From Phycisphaerae bacterium (GTDB lineage: Bacteria > Planctomycetota > Phycisphaerae > UBA1845 > Fen-1342): a stretch of DNA of 64,000 nt. Shown piece by piece: positions 18,010 to 28,593 of the stretch; the stretch's first letter is position 1; every line of letters begins with the position of its first letter. A model generated the notes under the pieces. It was not told where the DNA came from and ran no database searches. It saw only the letters and a program-made list of their open reading frames with translations. The stretch spans positions 69,197 to 133,196 of the forward strand of contig CAXXTC010000006.1 of NCBI GenBank assembly GCA_963666925.2, in the 5' to 3' direction. The translations under genes and the position numbers were made by a program.

Positions 18010-21000
18010 CTACGCGCGCTGCCCGCGCCCCGGAATCATCATCACCCCACAAACGAGCAGCGTCGCCACTGCCGCCCCGCCGCCGGCCCGGGCTGCCTCT
18101 TCATAGCTGGCCCCGTGCAGCGTCTGTTGCACAGCCGGCCCACACGTGATGCGATCGGGCTGCGGCGCCCGACGCCGCGCATCATCCAACCGCACGTCAA
18201 TCTCCTCCACACGATCCTCGATCCACGCTTCACGCGCCGCCGACTGTGCGATCCGCGCACCAAGCACCTTCGCCGCCTGCGCATTTTCCTCGCTGCGCTG
18301 CTGCTCGCGCAGCGCACTCATCAGATCAGCCACGAGCACCTCACGCCGCTGCTCAAGCTGACGCACCCCCTCCCGAACCTCTTCAATTTCCGTCTGATGA
18401 ACACGCCGAGCCTGCTCGTCGGCCTCCGCCTGCAATTGCCGGCCGAGTGATTCACTCCGCTGCGCCAACCGCGTATGCAACCCGCGCAGCTTACGATCCA
18501 GCGCATCGAGCTCGAAGTTCTCGGTCAGCGCCGTCTGCCCTGCGGCCGACAAAAACCCCTCAGCAGCGCTGCGCAAAGCAGCGTGTTCGCTGCGTAACAG
18601 GGCAACGACGACCACCTCACGCGTGCTCCCGCTACCCTCCGTCCCGAGCCGCTCGATCCGCGCCCCCAGGCCGTCGATCAGGTTGACCAAGGCGTCCCCG
18701 CGCCGCCGCGCCAGGTCGGACGCCTCCTGCTGCTGCCGAATCAGCCCCAGGGCATCGTCGTCAACGCCGGCCTCCTGAACGATCCCCACCCGCGGCCGCC
18801 ATTCCTGCTCAAAATGCTCCAGCTCACGCTGCGCCGTAGTCAGCCGCGTATGACAATCCTCCAGCAGCCCTCCCACCGCTTCCGGCGGGTCCAGCTCCTG
18901 CTGCTCAGCAATCGCCGCGATAAACTCCGTCACCGCCTGACGCGCCACGCGAGCCGGATCGACCAATTGCAGCATGCTCACCGCCAGCTCGGTGCGATAC
19001 TCCAACGCGGCCGCCCGCAGCTCCGCCTGATCCTCCCCATAGATCGTATCCGCTTCGAGCGACGCTTCGAGCGCACCCGGCGCAACCACGCCCACCGGCG
19101 TATCCGCCGCCGCACGTGTCGCCAGCTCGGCCCGCTGCCGCCCCAACTCGCCCGCCGTACCGTCCAGCTCGGCCGCCAGATCCTGACACCGCCGCACAGC
19201 CCCCGTGTACGCAGCCGAAGCCGGCAACGCATCCAGCTCGGTCCGATCCTGCACCTGCCGCCGCCGAATCTGATCGAGCTCAGCCACGAGCGCCGCTCGC
19301 CAGCCGGCCACCTCGCGCAGCGCCGGCGGCAGATTCGCATCGGGACTGACGCTGTTCACTTGCTCCGCATAGACCTCGCCCGCCGCCAGGGCCAGCGCCG
19401 CAACCCCCCGCCCATCCGGGCCACGAACATGCAGATCAATGGCAGCATTACCGCCGCCGGCCGCGCTCGCAGTCACCCGACCAGCCACGCACGCCGCCGT
19501 CCAACGTTCGGCCAGCCCGGGCTTGTCCGCACGCGCCAGCAGATCCGGATTCGTCAGACCCTGCCGATGTTCATTCAGCACGCAATCGACCGCACCACTC
19601 GACGTCATCACGTCCAGCCGAACCAGCGCCTCGTACTGCGGCGGATGCGCCAGCAACCAGCCAGCCCCCGCGACGACGCCCACAATCACCGCCAGCACGA
19701 TGCTCCGCCACCACGACCCACGCCGACCACCCACCCCCCTTGTCGGCCGCGACTCCAGCCGCTCGCTCAACTCGCGTAGGGTTGCCTGCGCCTGCTGCAC
19801 TTCCTCGTCACGCTGTGCCCGGATCTGTTCAAACTCCCGCCGGCCGGCCTCCAGCGCCGCCCGCGCGTGTTCCAGCTCCTGCCGCTCCAGCTCCAACGAC
19901 AAAGCGGCTTGGCGACACTCGTTCTCCCGCGCCTCAACCTGCTCACGCATCGCGACTGCCGCGTCGGAAATCTGCCGACCCTCCTGCTCGACGTGCGCCG
20001 CGCGGTCGTTGAGCTGGTCCAGCGCCCCCTGGCGCCGCTCCAACTCATCACGCAGCTCCGCCAAACGCTGGCGCTCGGCCTCGACGCCGGCCGACTGCTC
20101 GCGGAACTGCTCCTCGCGATTCTCCAGCCGCGACTGCCGCTCGACCAGTTCTATCTCCTGCTGGTCAAGGACACGCTGCCGCCCCGTCAGTTCCTCTTCG
20201 CACTGCGACAACTCGTGGCGCCGTCCGTGTGTCCGCTGCCAGCGCCGGTCGAATTCCCGCTGCCGATCGAGTAACTCGTCTCGCTGCTGCTCAAACGACT
20301 GCCGCGCCTGCTCAAGTTCGTGCCGCTCCAGGTCGAGCCGGGCACGCTCCGCCGTCAGCGCCCCCCGCTGTTGCTCGATCCGCGCCGTCAGCGTGTCGCG
20401 CTCCGACTGCTGCTGTTCGACTTCCAGCCGCCGGGCCCGCAGCGATTGTTCAAACTTCTCGAGTTGCCCGGCCCGCTGGTCGAGTTGTGCCCGCCGTTGT
20501 TCGACGACCTTGCGATGCTCGTTCAGCTCCGTCCGGGCGAGCTGTATCCGCCGACCCAGCTCATGTTCCTGCGCCCGCACCGCCGAGATTCGCCGGCGTA
20601 GCATTTGACGCCGCCGCCTGTTGCGATCCCGTTGGCGTTCCATACGCCGGCGCAGCTCCGCCCGCTCGGCCCCAAGCCCTTGCCGCTGATGCTCGATGTC
20701 CTGGGCCCCCAGCCGGAGCTGCTGCTCGCGCTCGTCCAGCCGGGTACGCCGAGCGGCCGCCTCTCGGGCCAACTGCCGCAGCTCGACCTGCTGGCGAGCG
20801 ATGCGCTGCTGCTCCTGTTCGATCTCGCGCGCCGCCGCCCGCCGAGCCGCCGTCGCCAACTGGTTGTACTGCTCTTCGAACTCCTGTTCCCGCCGTTGCA
20901 GCTCAACCTCGTGCGTAGAAACCTCTGCCAGACGCGATCGAATGTCGCGCACCATCTCCTCGATGTTGCTCACCGTGGAAACATGGCGCGACGCCGGAGG

Positions 21001-21111
21001 GACGGCCCCGCCGTGCGCCGTGCTCGAATCCTGCGAAGCCGACCGCGTCGCCTGCTCAGCCGGTGTATCGGAGCGTGGTTTGTCATCCGTTGGTGCGGGC
21101 ATAGTCACCAT
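18010..21111 (-). CDS. Very long coiled-coil membrane protein (cytoplasmic coiled coil, TM, extracytoplasmic coiled coil, TM; Wzz/GumC-like topology)
   Basis: About 410 aa R/E/Q heptads, TM WWRSIVLAVIVGVVAGAGWLL followed by PPQYEA, second TM at the C-terminus. Confidence 0.75.
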   Translation of the reverse strand: MVTMPAPTDDKPRSDTPAEQATRSASQDSSTAHGGAVPPASRHVSTVSNIEEMVRDIRSRLAEVSTHEVELQRREQEFEEQYNQLATAARRAAAREIEQEQQRIARQQVELRQLAREAAARRTRLDEREQQLRLGAQDIEHQRQGLGAERAELRRRMERQRDRNRRRRQMLRRRISAVRAQEHELGRRIQLARTELNEHRKVVEQRRAQLDQRAGQLEKFEQSLRARRLEVEQQQSERDTLTARIEQQRGALTAERARLDLERHELEQARQSFEQQRDELLDRQREFDRRWQRTHGRRHELSQCEEELTGRQRVLDQQEIELVERQSRLENREEQFREQSAGVEAERQRLAELRDELERRQGALDQLNDRAAHVEQEGRQISDAAVAMREQVEARENECRQAALSLELERQELEHARAALEAGRREFEQIRAQRDEEVQQAQATLRELSERLESRPTRGVGGRRGSWWRSIVLAVIVGVVAGAGWLLAHPPQYEALVRLDVMTSSGAVDCVLNEHRQGLTNPDLLARADKPGLAERWTAACVAGRVTASAAGGGNAAIDLHVRGPDGRGVAALALAAGEVYAEQVNSVSPDANLPPALREVAGWRAALVAELDQIRRRQVQDRTELDALPASAAYTGAVRRCQDLAAELDGTAGELGRQRAELATRAAADTPVGVVAPGALEASLEADTIYGEDQAELRAAALEYRTELAVSMLQLVDPARVARQAVTEFIAAIAEQQELDPPEAVGGLLEDCHTRLTTAQRELEHFEQEWRPRVGIVQEAGVDDDALGLIRQQQEASDLARRRGDALVNLIDGLGARIERLGTEGSGSTREVVVVALLRSEHAALRSAAEGFLSAAGQTALTENFELDALDRKLRGLHTRLAQRSESLGRQLQAEADEQARRVHQTEIEEVREGVRQLEQRREVLVADLMSALREQQRSEENAQAAKVLGARIAQSAAREAWIEDRVEEIDVRLDDARRRAPQPDRITCGPAVQQTLHGASYEEAARAGGGAAVATLLVCGVMMIPGRGQRA

Positions 21112-21244
21112 TCAGCCTAATTGCACAGCGCCCGTGCCCTCGCCCGCGACGCTGCCAGAAACTGCGCCCCCGTATTCTAACAACGGACAATCTCAGCGCC
21201 CGGCTATAACCGCGAAACAACAGATTCCGCCACGCCACCCAACC

Positions 21245-21976
21245 CTACACCAGCCGCGCAAGCTGCGTGACCGTCGCACGCAGATCTTTCGGCACCGGCG
21301 CCTCGATCACCAACTCCTCGCCCGTCGTCGGGTGAAACACACGCAATCGCAACGCGTGCAGCGTCAGCCGATCTATCAGCGGCCGCTCCTCCCGCCGCCG
21401 GCTGGGCCGATAATCCGACTTGTAGTTCGACAACAGCACGTTCTGACCCCCGCCATACAGCGGGTCCACCGTCAGCGGATGGCCAATGCCAGCCATGTGT
21501 GCCCGAATCTGGTGCGTCCGTCCCGTCAGCGGCCGACACTCCAGCAGCGTATTGCCCGCCACACGCTCCCGGATCCGATAACGTGTGACCGACGGTCGCC
21601 CGCGCCGACTGCTGGCTTCCACCCGCTGACTCCGCCGACTGTACGTCAGCGCAAGATCGACCTCGCCGTCCTCCGTCACGTACCCCTGCACGAGCGCCAG
21701 GTAGAGCTTCTCAACTCGTCGCTGGGAAAACTGCCGCACCAGCTCACGCTGCGCCGCCAGCGTCCGTGCATACACCAGCACCCCGCTCGCCCCCAGATCC
21801 AGCCGCTGAACAATCCGCAGCGCCCGGTTGTCCGCCAGTTCCGCCCGCCCCCGCAACAGGTCCGCAACCGTCGGCTCACTACCCCGCCCCGGAGCAGACA
21901 GAACCCCCGACGGCTTGTTGACCGCTACCAGGGCAGCATCGTGATACAAAATATCCAGTCGTGGGTTACGGGCCAT
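21245..21976 (-). CDS. RluA family pseudouridine synthase
   Basis: VNKPSG, VQRLDLGASG catalytic Asp motif, KLYLALV, LTGRTHQIRAH, LHA. Confidence 0.93.
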   Translation of the reverse strand: MARNPRLDILYHDAALVAVNKPSGVLSAPGRGSEPTVADLLRGRAELADNRALRIVQRLDLGASGVLVYARTLAAQRELVRQFSQRRVEKLYLALVQGYVTEDGEVDLALTYSRRSQRVEASSRRGRPSVTRYRIRERVAGNTLLECRPLTGRTHQIRAHMAGIGHPLTVDPLYGGGQNVLLSNYKSDYRPSRRREERPLIDRLTLHALRLRVFHPTTGEELVIEAPVPKDLRATVTQLARLV

Positions 21977-21984
21977 GAATCTCT

Positions 21985-23844
21985 TTACGGCGTGACGCTG
22001 GCACGCGGAGAGAGCTTCACACGCACCGATCGTTGTTCCACTACTACCACCCCCGGAGGCGCCTCGAACATCACGTCAACCGAACGCAGCAGCGTTTCGT
22101 CCGGCTGCGGCAGCGCCGGCGCCAACGCGCTGCGCACATGGGCAAACGCGTAAATATCAACCGGGGCCAGACCTTCAACGATGGACTCCTCCCCTTCCAC
22201 CTCCACGCTGATGCGCCATTCGTTCAGGTCACTGCGAACCACATCGTAACGTTCCAGCACGTCCGGACTCACAAACAAATGCACCACCACGTTGTCGATC
22301 CGCCGCCGCTGACCAACCAGCCGCACCGTCGTACGCACATCCGCCGGCGTCACCTCCGCCAGCGCCACCCCACCGATGTCCTCAGCCAGCGGCACCCGCG
22401 GAAACGTCTCCGGCACTTCCGGCGGCAAACCTTCCAGCCGATCGCCCAGCGGAGCCCGTATCGTACGCTGCCCCTCCGGCGGCAAACGATCGAGATCGTT
22501 ACGACGGACAACCACCTCCGCATCGGGCGGCTCGATCGACTCGACCGAGATGCGTGCTGCCCCCCCATCAACCTGTACCGGAATACGCAATGTTACCAAT
22601 TCGTCAACATTGAACTTCAACTCGTCCATCGCCACGTCGACGACCGTCAAACCACGCATCGAAACTTCGTTCAGCCCGCTGATAATCGCGGTAATCTCAC
22701 GCGGGAGCAGCGTGTACGTGCCCCGCCGCGAGTACGCCTCCGGCAAAATCCACGTCGCCCGCAACGGCTGCTCCGCCGCATCCAGACGCAAGCGGTCAAT
22801 TGCACGCACCGGACCCGAGAACGTGCCCGTAAAAACAATCGGCGGCGCCGGTACACGCACGTCGACAATCTGACGCGGCCCATCGTGACGAACGCTGAGC
22901 TGCACCTTCACGCTGGCCTCGGACAACGTCGCCTGGTCAGCCAGATACCAGATAACCAGCGTCAGCGGCACCACCACCAGCAACCGTCGAACCGTCGCCC
23001 ACAGCGCCGACCCAAAACGCCGCTGCTCCCCTTCACGCGGCTCGTCAGCCTGCTGCCCGGTCAGACGCTGGGTCAGCTCCTCACCCAGATCGTCCAGCGA
23101 AAGATAGCGCGTCAGCTTGCCGTTGTCCGCCAGCGAAACCACGCCCGTCTCTTCCGATATCACCAACACCAGCGCATCGGTCTCGTAGCTCATCCCGACC
23201 GCCGCCAGATGCCGGCTGCCCAGGGCCGCGTCAATCTCGTCACTCTCTGCAGCCGGAAACTGGCAATTGGCCGCCAACACACGCTTCCCCCGGATGATCA
23301 CCCCAAGATCGTGCAGCGGACTGTTCGGGAAGAAAATCGTGTTCAGCAGATTGGGCGATACCTCCGCCCGCATGATCGTCCCATTCTCAGCCCAGCCCGT
23401 CAGGTCCACCCGCCGTTGAAGCGCAATCAGCGCCCCGTAGCGATTCCGCGATAAATACCCCGCAGATTTCACCAACGCCGCAACCAGTTGCGACTGCGGC
23501 GCCCGGTTCAGACGCAAACGCACGTCACCAATGCGTATAACCGCCCGGCGCAATTCCGGCTGAAAAACCACCAGCGCGATGAAAGCCAGCCCATAAAGCA
23601 CGTAGCTGTACAACAGATCCAGCCGCACCCAGCCAAACCGAATGGACAGCACACGCACCACCATCGTCGCCACGACCAGGATAATCAGCACCCCGCGCAG
23701 CGGCCGCGTCCCACGCGTGCCGTGAAGAACCGAAGCGCTCCAGTTCACGCACAGACCAATCAGCAGCAACTCAACGGCCACCGCCGATATGTCATAGGCG
23801 TCGCTGCCCAGGCGATCGAACAGGCTGGGAAGTGTGTCGAACAT
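21985..23844 (-). CDS. cdaA: Diadenylate cyclase (CdaA/DisA_N) fused to TM and a YbbR/CdaR-like extracytoplasmic region
   Basis: 3 N-terminal TM, VVFQPELRR, GALIA, IFFPNSPLHDLGVII, LGSRHLAAVGMSYETDALVLVISEETG, then a TM and about 300 aa beta-rich tail. Confidence 0.85.
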   Translation of the reverse strand: MFDTLPSLFDRLGSDAYDISAVAVELLLIGLCVNWSASVLHGTRGTRPLRGVLIILVVATMVVRVLSIRFGWVRLDLLYSYVLYGLAFIALVVFQPELRRAVIRIGDVRLRLNRAPQSQLVAALVKSAGYLSRNRYGALIALQRRVDLTGWAENGTIMRAEVSPNLLNTIFFPNSPLHDLGVIIRGKRVLAANCQFPAAESDEIDAALGSRHLAAVGMSYETDALVLVISEETGVVSLADNGKLTRYLSLDDLGEELTQRLTGQQADEPREGEQRRFGSALWATVRRLLVVVPLTLVIWYLADQATLSEASVKVQLSVRHDGPRQIVDVRVPAPPIVFTGTFSGPVRAIDRLRLDAAEQPLRATWILPEAYSRRGTYTLLPREITAIISGLNEVSMRGLTVVDVAMDELKFNVDELVTLRIPVQVDGGAARISVESIEPPDAEVVVRRNDLDRLPPEGQRTIRAPLGDRLEGLPPEVPETFPRVPLAEDIGGVALAEVTPADVRTTVRLVGQRRRIDNVVVHLFVSPDVLERYDVVRSDLNEWRISVEVEGEESIVEGLAPVDIYAFAHVRSALAPALPQPDETLLRSVDVMFEAPPGVVVVEQRSVRVKLSPRASVTP

Positions 23845-23932
23845 GCGCAGCACAGTATAGAATGGTCGCCAGCAGCGCTCCACACGATCGGCAGCGCTAA
23901 TTCACCCGGCCCCGTACATCCGGATCAAACAC

Positions 23933-24721
23933 ATGCCCGAAAGCGACTGGCTCCCACGCCTCCACGAGAACGTGGCCCAGGTGCGCCGGCGAATCGCCGA
24001 CGCCTCCTCGCGGGCGGGCCGCGACCCGCTGTCCGTCCGCATCGTCGGCGTCACCAAATACGTCGGCTGGCACATCGCCCAGGCCATCCCCGCCGCCGGC
24101 ATCCCCGACCTCGGTGAAAATCGCGTCCAGCAGCTCGGCGAACGCGTCGCCCTGGCCGCCCCACCACTGACCGACTGGCCCACCGACGACGCCACCACCG
24201 ACGCCCACCCTACTGAGCCCCGCCCCCGCTGGCACATGATCGGCCACCTCCAGCGCAACAAGGTCAAGCAACTGCTGCCCGCCGTTCGCATCATCCACTC
24301 GCTCGACTCCCCTCGCCTCGCCGAGACCCTCGAGCACCACGCCGCACAATTCGACCTGCCCGTCAACGTCCTCATCGAGGTCAACCTGGCCGGCGAAGCT
24401 TCAAAGACCGGCTGCCCCGTCGACGACGTCCACCCCCTAGCCAGGCTGGCAACCAGCCTCCCCCACCTCCGCCTCCGCGGCCTGATGACCATGGCCCCGT
24501 TCGACCCCGACCCCGAGCACGCCCGCCCCTACTTCGCACGTTTACGCACGCTACTGGAGCAGCTCCGCACCGCCGACGTCGTCGGCCCGACCTGCACCCA
24601 CCTCTCCATGGGAATGAGCCAGGACTACGAAGTCGCCGTCGAAGAAGGCGCCACGCTCGTACGAATCGGGTCGGCCCTGTACGAAAACCTGCCGACCGCC
24701 GACCCGCGCACAACCCGATAA
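23933..24721 (+). CDS. yggS: YggS family PLP-binding protein
   Basis: VGVTKY, LGENRVQ, WHMIGHLQRNK, GLMTM, LSMGMSQDY..AVEEGAT.VRIGS. Confidence 0.95.
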   Translation: MPESDWLPRLHENVAQVRRRIADASSRAGRDPLSVRIVGVTKYVGWHIAQAIPAAGIPDLGENRVQQLGERVALAAPPLTDWPTDDATTDAHPTEPRPRWHMIGHLQRNKVKQLLPAVRIIHSLDSPRLAETLEHHAAQFDLPVNVLIEVNLAGEASKTGCPVDDVHPLARLATSLPHLRLRGLMTMAPFDPDPEHARPYFARLRTLLEQLRTADVVGPTCTHLSMGMSQDYEVAVEEGATLVRIGSALYENLPTADPRTTR

Positions 24722-24824
24722 TCATGCCAAACAGAGCCCCAACGCCGACCCGGGTTGCCCCCCCTGTCACGCTCGGGTATAAGCGTTTGTTGCAGGTTTT
24801 CTGACCCTCTCAGGTACCCCGTCT

Positions 24825-25268
24825 ATGCCCCTCAAGAGACTCGACGACACCGCCCGCGAAATCGTCCAGAAGGCGAACGAAATCGCGCATGACTATGACC
24901 TCGAATACGTCGGAACCGAGCACATCCTGCTCGCCATCCTGCAACACGAAGCCGGCGTCGGCGCCCGTGCCCTCGCCACGCTCGGAGTCGACCACCAGAC
25001 CGCACGCCAGCGAATCGACGAACTCGTACAACGCGACAAAGAGGAGACCTGGGTCTTCGGCCGACTCCCTGGCACCCCCCATTACCTCAACGTCATCGAG
25101 CGCGCCATGGACGTCGCCCAGCAGCTCGAAGCCCCCCACATCAGCAGCGAGCACCTCCTCCTGGCCCTCTTCCCCGACAAGGAAAGCACGGCCGCCCGCG
25201 CCCTCGCCAGTCTCGGCGTCACCCGCCGCAAATGCCGCGACGCCGTCCTAAAGCTCCTTTCCGCCTGA
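24825..25268 (+). CDS. Stand-alone Clp N-terminal repeat domain protein
   Basis: Two repeats, YVGTEHILLAIL and HISSEHLLLAL; no ATPase domain. Confidence 0.88.
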   Translation: MPLKRLDDTAREIVQKANEIAHDYDLEYVGTEHILLAILQHEAGVGARALATLGVDHQTARQRIDELVQRDKEETWVFGRLPGTPHYLNVIERAMDVAQQLEAPHISSEHLLLALFPDKESTAARALASLGVTRRKCRDAVLKLLSA

Positions 25269-25379
25269 CCCCCCCCAAAAAAACCGATCCCCGTAGCACC
25301 GACCGGCCCCCGTCACATTCGAAATGCCGTTCGATGATGCACCAATCCCAACCCGGATCTGGCAACCAGGTTCTGCTCC

Positions 25380-27893
25380 CTACGGCCTTCCCTCTCCATA
25401 TTGTTGAATCCGCCCCCTGATCTCATTCGCCAACTCGTTCTTCCCCGCCGATTCGGCCAGCCGCAACGCCCGCTCCGCCACCGAAACCGCCTCCGAAAAC
25501 TGCCCCACATCAGCAAACGCCTGCGCCAGATCCTTCAGAACTCCCACATCCCCCGGCCTCAGCCGCGCCGCCAACACCAGGTGTTCCAGCCCCCCCACAA
25601 CATCACCCTGCTGACCCATCACCACTCCCAGCCGGTGCTGCGCCATCGCATACCCAGGCTCAATCTGAACCGCAATCGACAACTGCTCGAGCGCCTCATC
25701 ACGCTTCCCCTGCCGAGCCAGCACCTCACCCAGGCAATAGTGCGCGGTCGCATCACTCGGATCCATCCGCACCGCCAGCCCGAGTTGCTCGGCCGCTTCC
25801 GTCAGTCGCCCTTGTCGCATCAGCAACTCACCCAGGCTGCACCGCGCGCCGGCGTCCGACGGATCCAGCCGAATCGCCTCCGACAGATGCGCCGCCCCCT
25901 CGTCGAACCGCCCCCGCGCACATAGCAGCGCTCCCAGCGTGCTGTGCGCGTCGGCCAGATCCGGCTTGATCGCCACAGCCGCCTGATAGTGCTCGATCGC
26001 CTTATCAAGCCGACCCTGCCGGAAAAGCCACCGAGCCAGATTGCAATGGGCGCTATGGTTCTCCGGATCAAGACGAATCGCCTCCAACAAATGCGAAACA
26101 CCCTCTTGCGGCTGCCTTCCGTTGACCAACACGCCGCCCAGGTTGCTATGTGCAATGACGCTCTTCGGGTTCAGCTCCAGGGCCTTCTGGTACGCCTCGA
26201 TCGCGCGTTTCACATCACCGCTACTGTGCAGAAAAGTGTCTCCCGCGCGCACATACGAAACGTCATCGAGAAACGCCTCACGCATATGCCTGATCGCCGT
26301 CGGATCGAGATTGACGAACTCCGGAATGTTCGCCGCCCGGTCGGGCTCCGTAAAATTCGCCAACAGCACCGCCGGCGTACTACGTCCCTCTTCGTCGATA
26401 TGAGTCAGAAATAGCTGCGTATACGCCGAGTTGGCCTTCGACGAGAACACCAGCCACTTCCCATTCGGCGACCAACTGTGCCACGAGTTCATCCGCGGCG
26501 TGTTACAACGCATCCGCCGAGCCTCACCACCCTGAGCCGGCATGATATACAACTCGCTGTCCGGCTGAAGCAGCATGTAGCTCTTCGCCTTACAGAATAC
26601 GATCCACCGGCCGTCCGGCGAAAACTTCGCAAAATAGTTGCTCATCCCGTTGTTCGACGCGCCTTCCAGCGGCTCAGCCACCCCGCCTCGGCCATCGTTG
26701 AACGAAACTCGATACAGGTCGTACAAAAACTGCCGACCCTCGTGCAGAAACTCCTCACACTCCTCCTTGGACAACAACACGTGGCCCTCGTCCCGCCGCA
26801 GACGGTATGCCGTGCTGCGAGCGAAAACTATCTGCTTCCCATCGGGGCTCCACGACGGATTGCTCTGGACGTATTGAGGATCGTCCGCCCCCGCCAACGC
26901 TGAAAACTCGCCCGTCTCACGCGAGTATGCCGCCAGAATCCCCCGGATCGGAAAGAAAAGCTGCGAGAACGCCAGGCCCGGCGTCGCCACGAACACCGAG
27001 CGATCCTTCACCGTGCTGATCGCGTACCGTCCGTCCGGCGACACCTGCGAGAGCAGCCCAAACGTGTACTCGCCCTCGACCCGCTGATAATCGCTCCACG
27101 TAATAATGTCGCGCGGCGCGAGAACCGTCTCCGCCTTCACCTCCGTAAATGCGTACGAACCCTTGTCGTTCGCATAGTCCACATCCATCCCCAGCATGCG
27201 TCCATCCGCCGAGAACGAATGACAGTTCCCACAAACCGGCAACCCTTCCATCACGATCGGTGGCCGCTCCACCGACGAGACAGAGCCGAGCCGCCAGCGA
27301 ATCTGCGTCGGATCTGTAACCGCTTCGATAAACGGCAGGTTGACTTCGCGATAAAAGATCGGCGCTCCGACCTCGTCTTCAGATGTGCTGATCGAAATCT
27401 GCGCCCCAGACAAAATCGCCCACGGCTCACACTGGTTAACCCCGAGAATGTCCACCCGTGCGGCCTGCCCCTGCGAGCGCCGCTTGATCTCCTCCCACTC
27501 AGCAGCCGCCGGCGTCCACTCGTGTTCGTGTGTCACGAAATTCGCCCGGCCGGCGTCATCAGCGAACTCGATCGTTACCAGCCACGTATCGCTCTCCGCC
27601 GCACCATCTTCCCAGCGAAACGTCGGCGGCACGATCTCCGGCGGAAACAGTGTCTCGTCCAACGGATAGGCGATCGTCAGCCCCCCGTAATCGCCGTCCA
27701 CGCGATAACCCGCCAGAATCTCGTCCACCTGGCTCGTCCGCCGGCCACATCCGCTCGGCAGAACAGCCACCAACCCCAGGGCGGCCGCCCCCACCACTGC
27801 GAGCACGAGCTTGCGTCGTTGTTTCATCACTGACCTCATCGGCGAGCCATCATGACGCGCCTCCGCGGTACCGACTGCCTGGAGCATCTTCAA
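25380..27893 (-). CDS. Lipoprotein with TolB-like PD40 beta-propeller, CxxCH motif and C-terminal TPR array
   Basis: LPSGC lipobox (start more likely 27839/27827), CGNCHSF, repeated SPDG/SPNG motifs, about 8 TPRs. Confidence 0.85.
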   Translation of the reverse strand: MKMLQAVGTAEARHDGSPMRSVMKQRRKLVLAVVGAAALGLVAVLPSGCGRRTSQVDEILAGYRVDGDYGGLTIAYPLDETLFPPEIVPPTFRWEDGAAESDTWLVTIEFADDAGRANFVTHEHEWTPAAAEWEEIKRRSQGQAARVDILGVNQCEPWAILSGAQISISTSEDEVGAPIFYREVNLPFIEAVTDPTQIRWRLGSVSSVERPPIVMEGLPVCGNCHSFSADGRMLGMDVDYANDKGSYAFTEVKAETVLAPRDIITWSDYQRVEGEYTFGLLSQVSPDGRYAISTVKDRSVFVATPGLAFSQLFFPIRGILAAYSRETGEFSALAGADDPQYVQSNPSWSPDGKQIVFARSTAYRLRRDEGHVLLSKEECEEFLHEGRQFLYDLYRVSFNDGRGGVAEPLEGASNNGMSNYFAKFSPDGRWIVFCKAKSYMLLQPDSELYIMPAQGGEARRMRCNTPRMNSWHSWSPNGKWLVFSSKANSAYTQLFLTHIDEEGRSTPAVLLANFTEPDRAANIPEFVNLDPTAIRHMREAFLDDVSYVRAGDTFLHSSGDVKRAIEAYQKALELNPKSVIAHSNLGGVLVNGRQPQEGVSHLLEAIRLDPENHSAHCNLARWLFRQGRLDKAIEHYQAAVAIKPDLADAHSTLGALLCARGRFDEGAAHLSEAIRLDPSDAGARCSLGELLMRQGRLTEAAEQLGLAVRMDPSDATAHYCLGEVLARQGKRDEALEQLSIAVQIEPGYAMAQHRLGVVMGQQGDVVGGLEHLVLAARLRPGDVGVLKDLAQAFADVGQFSEAVSVAERALRLAESAGKNELANEIRGRIQQYGEGRP

Positions 27894-28066
27894 GAATGGT
27901 CCGGCGTGCCACTGTTCTTGAGCCGCGGGGTTTCACGTATCATCGCTCAGGCTTGACGACGCACAGTAAATGACCGCTCTGGAGCGCTTTCGATCACGGC
28001 AAGAGGCCGCCCGGCGAAGCCAGCGAACTCGCCCACCACGGGCCCACCCCAGAACCTGCCGCAGCG

Positions 28067-28486
28067 CTACTCCCCGATGATCTTCACCAGCACCCGCTTG
28101 CGGCGCCGGCCGTCAAACTCCCCGTAGAAAATCTGCTCCCACGGGCCAAAGTCCAACGCACCATCCGTGATCGCCACCACCACTTCGCGACCCATCACCT
28201 GCCGTTTCAGATGCGCGTCGCCGTTGTCCTCACCGGTCAGGTTGTGCCGATACGCCGACACCGGCTCATGCGGGGCAAGCTGCTCCAGCCAACGCTCATA
28301 ATCCTGGTGCAATCCACCTTCGTTGTCGTTGATGAACACGCTCGCGGTGATGTGCATCGCGTTCACCAGGCACAACCCTTCGCTCACGCCGCTGGCCCGG
28401 ACGACCTGCTCTACGTCCGGCGTGATGTTCACAAACGCTCGGCGCGTAGGCACCTCGAACCACAATTCCTGGCGATGCGACTTCAT
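28067..28486 (-). CDS. yjbQ: YjbQ family (secondary thiamine-phosphate synthase-like)
   Basis: [35 protein letters not shown]. Confidence 0.93.
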   Translation of the reverse strand: MKSHRQELWFEVPTRRAFVNITPDVEQVVRASGVSEGLCLVNAMHITASVFINDNEGGLHQDYERWLEQLAPHEPVSAYRHNLTGEDNGDAHLKRQVMGREVVVAITDGALDFGPWEQIFYGEFDGRRRKRVLVKIIGE

Positions 28487-28593
28487 AAACTCACTCCCAC
28501 AACCCAACGTCGATGGCGCGCGCCCCCGGCCGCCCCCACACCTCCACACGCACGCCCGACACGCGACCCCGAACGCGCAAGCGGCCGCAACCG

